From: an uncultured virus (IMG/VR IMGVR_UViG_3300035520_001855)
Taxonomy: Duplodnaviria; Heunggongvirae; Uroviricota; Caudoviricetes
DNA: 64,000 nt
Reading direction: 5' to 3' (one strand)
IMG/VR virus record: IMGVR_UViG_3300035520_001855
In this document: positions 59,577 to 64,000 of the stretch, piece by piece
How the letters are laid out: each line of letters opens with the position of its first letter
Position numbering within the stretch: position 1 is the stretch's first letter
The notes under the pieces: model-generated
Databases searched by the model: none
Told to the model about the DNA's origin: nothing
What the model saw: only the letters and a program-made list of their open reading frames with translations
Made by a program: the position numbers and the translations under genes

Positions 59577-60977
59577 TTATGAAATCAAATCCCCTAAATT
59601 TACTCCCACTTCTGTATCAATAACATCATCTGGAGAACCAGCTACATCAAGCTTGTCAAGGTCTTCAATTGAACCTGTAAAGTCGTCTGCCTGATCGGAT
59701 GTCTCAATAATCTCCTTAGAAGAGATACGAAGCTGATGCTTAGATGACAACGTATCAAGCTCCTTCTTAATTGCTGGTGAAATAATCTCGATTGTGTCGC
59801 CATACTCAAGATAAATTCTCTCAGTAATGTAAGGCTTAATTTCAGGTACTCTATGCTTATAAAGCTCTGCCAAATCGGCATCTGAAATTGGTCTGAACTT
59901 GAATACAGAACGCTTAACCTTCTTGTCGAAATCTGACTGAAGACCATTAGAAATAATTGCTTCAATCTTCTCAACAAAATCATCTTTATCTGCAAAATAC
60001 TTAACAAGCTCCTCTAAAACATCTGAGTCAACTTTCTCGTACTGTCTTGACTGATAGAGAGCGAGCTCAAGAGTTGTATTTGCTGCTGTGCCATCGCCGT
60101 AGCCAACCTGTAAAATAATATAATCAAGATTTGTATCATCTTTCTTCTTATGTAACTTCCTGTTGATCTTCTTCAATTCATCAGCGTTACAGTTGAAGTA
60201 TCTGAGATACGAATCAAGCTTATCAGCCTCAATTCTGTCAAACTTAAAGCCATCGTTTTTCTCAGAACCAGTAAACTCTAAGAAAACAATAACACCCGAC
60301 TTCTTAGGTGCTGAAACCTGTGAAGATTTTGCAATTGCATCACGTAGATTCTTTTGATCAGATGTAAGTGTTGACTTATCATTGTTCAAATCAAATTCTG
60401 CAAGCTTCTCAGATCTAATTTCCTTCTCAAGACCGAACAATCTACCAAGTAGATGCTCAGAAGCATTTACAAGTACACCATCTTCATCGTATGATAAAGG
60501 TGATGCAACTTCACGACCAAATCTACCTGCCGCTGCTGTTTTGATCTTCTGTGTATTTGTTGAAAACTGTGCTGGAACAGTGTACTGATTAAAGATAGCA
60601 AAATCATCTTCTGTAATCGTGTCAACATCTGACACATCATACTCATCTGATGTCTTCTTAATGAGCCTAGCATAAAAATCACAAAGCTCCTTGTTATCCT
60701 TCATTTCAGCTTTGAGAGCCTTTACAAATGCTGTAGGCGCATCCTTCACGATAAACTTCTTCTCTGAATTGAAGTGCGTATCGCCTGGGTCTACAGGGTT
60801 AAATGGCAACTGGATTTCCTTTGGGAATACACAGATTGAAGTTTTGAGTGCCTTCATTTCATGCCTCTCAAGTGTACCAGAGTTAGCCATAAGTATCTCT
60901 GTCTGATTGTGCAATGATACTGTATTACCGCTCTCCTGTTGTTCTCTTACTGCTTTGATAATGTCTGAAAAATTCAT
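59577..60977 (-). CDS. Abundant-looking protein with acidic tail; SSB candidate
   Basis: Strong RBS, own terminator, D/E-rich C-terminus, between primase and SbcCD. Confidence 0.45.
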   Translation of the reverse strand: MNFSDIIKAVREQQESGNTVSLHNQTEILMANSGTLERHEMKALKTSICVFPKEIQLPFNPVDPGDTHFNSEKKFIVKDAPTAFVKALKAEMKDNKELCDFYARLIKKTSDEYDVSDVDTITEDDFAIFNQYTVPAQFSTNTQKIKTAAAGRFGREVASPLSYDEDGVLVNASEHLLGRLFGLEKEIRSEKLAEFDLNNDKSTLTSDQKNLRDAIAKSSQVSAPKKSGVIVFLEFTGSEKNDGFKFDRIEADKLDSYLRYFNCNADELKKINRKLHKKKDDTNLDYIILQVGYGDGTAANTTLELALYQSRQYEKVDSDVLEELVKYFADKDDFVEKIEAIISNGLQSDFDKKVKRSVFKFRPISDADLAELYKHRVPEIKPYITERIYLEYGDTIEIISPAIKKELDTLSSKHQLRISSKEIIETSDQADDFTGSIEDLDKLDVAGSPDDVIDTEVGVNLGDLIS

Positions 60978-61091
60978 AATCTTACCTCCTAAATTAATTA
61001 ATTAATTGTGAGCTTTCTTCTTATTTGCTCACCTTTGTATATTGTAACCAGCTAAAGTGTTAAAAGATAAATTCGTAGATATTTTATTACT

Positions 61092-61976
61092 TTAGTGCCC
61101 ATTTTCTGAAACAAATTCCTCTAAACTATGATTGAAAATAAACTTTTCATCTTTCAAAGTATCAAATAATCTGTTCAGATATTTTTGAGCTGAATTATCA
61201 TTACGCAATCTTTCGTCTACATCCTTAGCTCCATTACCAACTCTTATTTGAATTGTGTTTGGATTAAACTTTTTGCAAGTTTTATATAGCTGTGTTCCTG
61301 CTATGTCTGAATCTGAAAACACAATCCAGTTTTTTATATATCGCAAGTAATCCCTATGATACTTAGATATATTTGAACCCAGCAGAGATGTTGCTGGGTG
61401 CCCCAATGTTTGTAAAGTTATTTTGTCAAAGATACCGTCAACTATGCAAATATATTGATTCTCAAGTGCATTAAGATACTCATCTCTATTCATAAACCAA
61501 TATCTTTCTTTTTTGAAATAGTTATCAGCTAAATATAGGTATGGAATCAGCATAAGCTTTTCTTCTTCGCTTTTACACTCATTGCCATTATCATAACCAA
61601 CAAAACCATGTACTTGATTATCAAATCCTCTTAAAGGAATTACAAGTCTCCCCAAAAATGTACAACGTCCTGTTGGTTGATAGAGTCCTGTTGCAACTAA
61701 ATCATTACAATTTATCTCTTCTAAAATGTTAGCTATGATTTGGTTATTTATTACTGGAAAAGCTTTCATTTTTATAAGATATTCTGCATCACAAATTCGC
61801 ATAGTTTTTGCAAATTCTCTTAATAACGATTCTTGAACATTTGAATTGTTAGCACTCCACAAATGATCAACTAATTCTGTATAAATTGTTATATTGTCAA
61901 TCGAACTCACTTGTTGTATCAGCTCCTGCTCTGTATATGTGCTCAATAACAGTCTTAGTATCGACATCGTATTCAA
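61092..61976 (-). CDS. DnaG-like primase core (TOPRIM)
   Basis: GRLVIPLR..GFVG, IVDGIFD, LLGS, FSDSDIAG, KDVDE. Confidence 0.8.
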   Translation of the reverse strand: MNTMSILRLLLSTYTEQELIQQVSSIDNITIYTELVDHLWSANNSNVQESLLREFAKTMRICDAEYLIKMKAFPVINNQIIANILEEINCNDLVATGLYQPTGRCTFLGRLVIPLRGFDNQVHGFVGYDNGNECKSEEEKLMLIPYLYLADNYFKKERYWFMNRDEYLNALENQYICIVDGIFDKITLQTLGHPATSLLGSNISKYHRDYLRYIKNWIVFSDSDIAGTQLYKTCKKFNPNTIQIRVGNGAKDVDERLRNDNSAQKYLNRLFDTLKDEKFIFNHSLEEFVSENGH

Positions 61977-62361
61977 GATAACCTGTCAAATCCAATCCTG
62001 CTATTTTAAACTTACTATTGCTATAGACAGTTTCAACCTTTTGCTCACTTGATACATCAATATCTGTTGAAGTGTTTAACAATTGTTCAATAGAGATGTC
62101 AATATTTGCCTTATTGATTATAGTTAGTAAAGTATGATCAACATTAGGTTGACTTAAATAGTCTATGAGCATCTCAAGAACATGCTTACAATAAATACCG
62201 TCCACATCTTGTGGTAAATTGTCAATTAACACATTTATAGATGCGAATTTCGTATCCGGTGCGTAATTTATCACACTCTTTAAATACTCATTCGTTCTTA
62301 TGTCTATAGGCTCAGCAAGTATACCCTCTAAAGACTTTCTAATCTTCTTTGTGTCTATCAT
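61897..62361 (-). CDS. Hypothetical protein
   Basis: ATGA-coupled; ends DTTSEFD. Confidence 0.6.
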   Translation of the reverse strand: MIDTKKIRKSLEGILAEPIDIRTNEYLKSVINYAPDTKFASINVLIDNLPQDVDGIYCKHVLEMLIDYLSQPNVDHTLLTIINKANIDISIEQLLNTSTDIDVSSEQKVETVYSNSKFKIAGLDLTGYLEYDVDTKTVIEHIYRAGADTTSEFD

Positions 62362-63104
62362 TTTTTCTTCGCCTCCCTCTTTACATGTTCTATAAATAAA
62401 GCATCTGATTCTTTATCCATTTCACTAATTATTGTTGCTAGCTTTTTTACATCCCAGACAACAGTTTTCATATTAGCAATTTTATTCAGATAATTTAGAA
62501 TATTTTCAGAGCCAACTAATGGTATCATTTTCTTGAACTTCTCCTCTCTCAAATCGATCACACGTTTTATCTCATCCATGTAAAGCACAATTGAGAAAGG
62601 TTTACCCTTTTTCAAGTCAACAATCGCTGGTCCTAAATAATATCTTAAATTGTCCATATGCATTAGATTTTGTTTATAAACATCTGTCACATGTCCAAAA
62701 TCAGGCACTATTTTACATTCATCAATTAATTTGACTTTTCCTTTTCTATATTTACTTTCAAATAAAATAACTCTTGAAGGTGTAAACAGAGTTAAGTCTA
62801 ACTCTGTTGTCTTTTCTTTTTTATGATCACGTCTTCTAAAAGTTAAGCCTTTTGACAGCACCCAAGGCAAATTTCTCTGCCGAGCGAATTCTCTAATTTG
62901 TAATTCCAATAAAATTTCACAACACTCACCTCTTAAATTCATAGCCAATGAGTTAATATCAAACTCTTTAGTTTTTTTATTTGAGTCTTTTATTAAGTGA
63001 TTTATTGTATTTACAGCATAACTATATCCACTCTTATAATAAATTTGTAAGATGCGATTACGTAGATTTATCTTAAAATCAATAATTTGTTGATTTTCAT
63101 CCAA
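62358..63104 (-). CDS. NERD/PD-(D/E)xK nuclease-like protein
   Basis: RGE, TTELDLTLFT..LFESKYRKG..KQNLMH. Confidence 0.75.
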   Translation of the reverse strand: MDENQQIIDFKINLRNRILQIYYKSGYSYAVNTINHLIKDSNKKTKEFDINSLAMNLRGECCEILLELQIREFARQRNLPWVLSKGLTFRRRDHKKEKTTELDLTLFTPSRVILFESKYRKGKVKLIDECKIVPDFGHVTDVYKQNLMHMDNLRYYLGPAIVDLKKGKPFSIVLYMDEIKRVIDLREEKFKKMIPLVGSENILNYLNKIANMKTVVWDVKKLATIISEMDKESDALFIEHVKREAKKK

Positions 63105-63999
63105 TCCTAATCACCTCTTCCTGCAACTTATTTATTTCAGTACTATCACCATTCTGTCTTTTAATTATTGCATCTAGTCTATTTGATGCAATGTTTAACT
63201 GTACCGAATCACTCACATATGTGCAAACAAATTCAACATTCTTGTGATTAAGAACAAATTGATTATATTTCACATTTGTGTCCAGAATAACTCTGAATAA
63301 CCCTGACTTTTCAAAATTCCAACCATTGTCGAGGGCTTGTCTAAATTTTAATAAAAAATTTTCTTTTGTGTTTTCACTTCGTAATAGATGAATCTCATAT
63401 ATACGATTCATACCATAAATTGATATGCAATATATGAATTCCTCCTGGTCCTCATATTCCAATAGAGCACCACGTATTAATGGGCGTATAGGCACATACT
63501 CTACATGTTCATTTTCATTTAGAATAATATTATTTAATACTGGTTTATATGTTGACTTATCCAACTCTCTTAGTAAATCAGCATTATCTTCTCCATAGTT
63601 ATAGCCTGCACTCCAATGCAGTTCAAGCGGTGCCCAATCATCAACTTGAATTTTTGAATATTCCTTGAACACATTAATATAAGGTATTAAAGTGTTGCGT
63701 ATACAAAAAACTGCTTCATCATGTCTGTTAAGCATTATAGTTATATGCTTGCTTGCAGGCTCATTAAAAACAGTTCTGCAGATGTGTTCAAATTCCCTAA
63801 AAAGATTCACTGCGAATAACTGCATAACATCAGCTGATGTTGCTTGTATTGGAGCATTTAAACAAGCTCTCACCTCATCTTTTTCTTCAGACAATTTGAT
63901 TATTTCTCTGCCAAAGTATGTGCGGACACTAAAACCTAATCGTGAATTTACATTTTGTTTTATAATATCTTTGTACTTTATATATTGTTCGTTAGTTGT
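63097..63999 (-). CDS. polA: Family A DNA polymerase, C-terminal part (5' end outside window)
   Basis: Frame open to the window edge; RTYFGR, LNAPIQATSAD, NRHDEAVF. Confidence 0.85.
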   Translation of the reverse strand, partial: TTNEQYIKYKDIIKQNVNSRLGFSVRTYFGREIIKLSEEKDEVRACLNAPIQATSADVMQLFAVNLFREFEHICRTVFNEPASKHITIMLNRHDEAVFCIRNTLIPYINVFKEYSKIQVDDWAPLELHWSAGYNYGEDNADLLRELDKSTYKPVLNNIILNENEHVEYVPIRPLIRGALLEYEDQEEFIYCISIYGMNRIYEIHLLRSENTKENFLLKFRQALDNGWNFEKSGLFRVILDTNVKYNQFVLNHKNVEFVCTYVSDSVQLNIASNRLDAIIKRQNGDSTEINKLQEEVIRIG

Positions 64000-64000
64000 T

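Larger units (their letters stand above)
1..64000. mobile_element. Segment of a large Firmicutes extrachromosomal/integrative element (megaplasmid, phage-plasmid or jumbo phage)
   Basis: Near-uniform strand; own divergent replisome, ParM-type partitioning, integrase/excisionase, many orphans; no ribosomal or core metabolic genes. Confidence 0.8.

Noticed and set aside
1..64000. Genome-wide TAG to Gln recoding, prompted by the tag behind TAG at 23200
   Set aside because: Long genes are intact under code 11, and TAG cleanly ends genes directly after the tag (20044, 24732, 25889) and ends int

Overview
AT-rich window (about 30% GC by eye) from a large Firmicutes (Clostridia/Lachnospirales-like) mobile replicon: a megaplasmid, phage-plasmid or jumbo phage. 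No capsid, terminase, tail or conjugation genes are visible, so the class cannot be fixed. All convincing genes but one (37930-39372) are on the minus strand. The right part (40-64 kb) is a replication/partition block: PolA fragment, primase, split SbcC plus SbcD, candidate sliding clamp, UvrD, RecJ, ParM/ParR, 5'-3' exonuclease and DnaX. The left part (1-37 kb) is accessory cargo: two DUF4869/ATPase/TOPRIM triplets, a DUF3990 + NADAR pair, AAA_14 ATPases, an ~800-nt hairpin-dense non-coding region, attP-int-xis, two tRNA-like elements with abnormal anticodon arms, NAD-related enzymes, five 26-aa-repeat paralogs and dockerin/SLH/LRR surface proteins. The strongest unexplained signal is a shared C-terminal peptide, T-T/x-[N/S]-L-F-stop (variants TSEF, VNLF), on about 17 mostly unrelated proteins. 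Three more genes carry it just behind a stop codon or frameshift. It looks like an element-wide docking or targeting tag. All family assignments are from motif recognition only; no searches were run.
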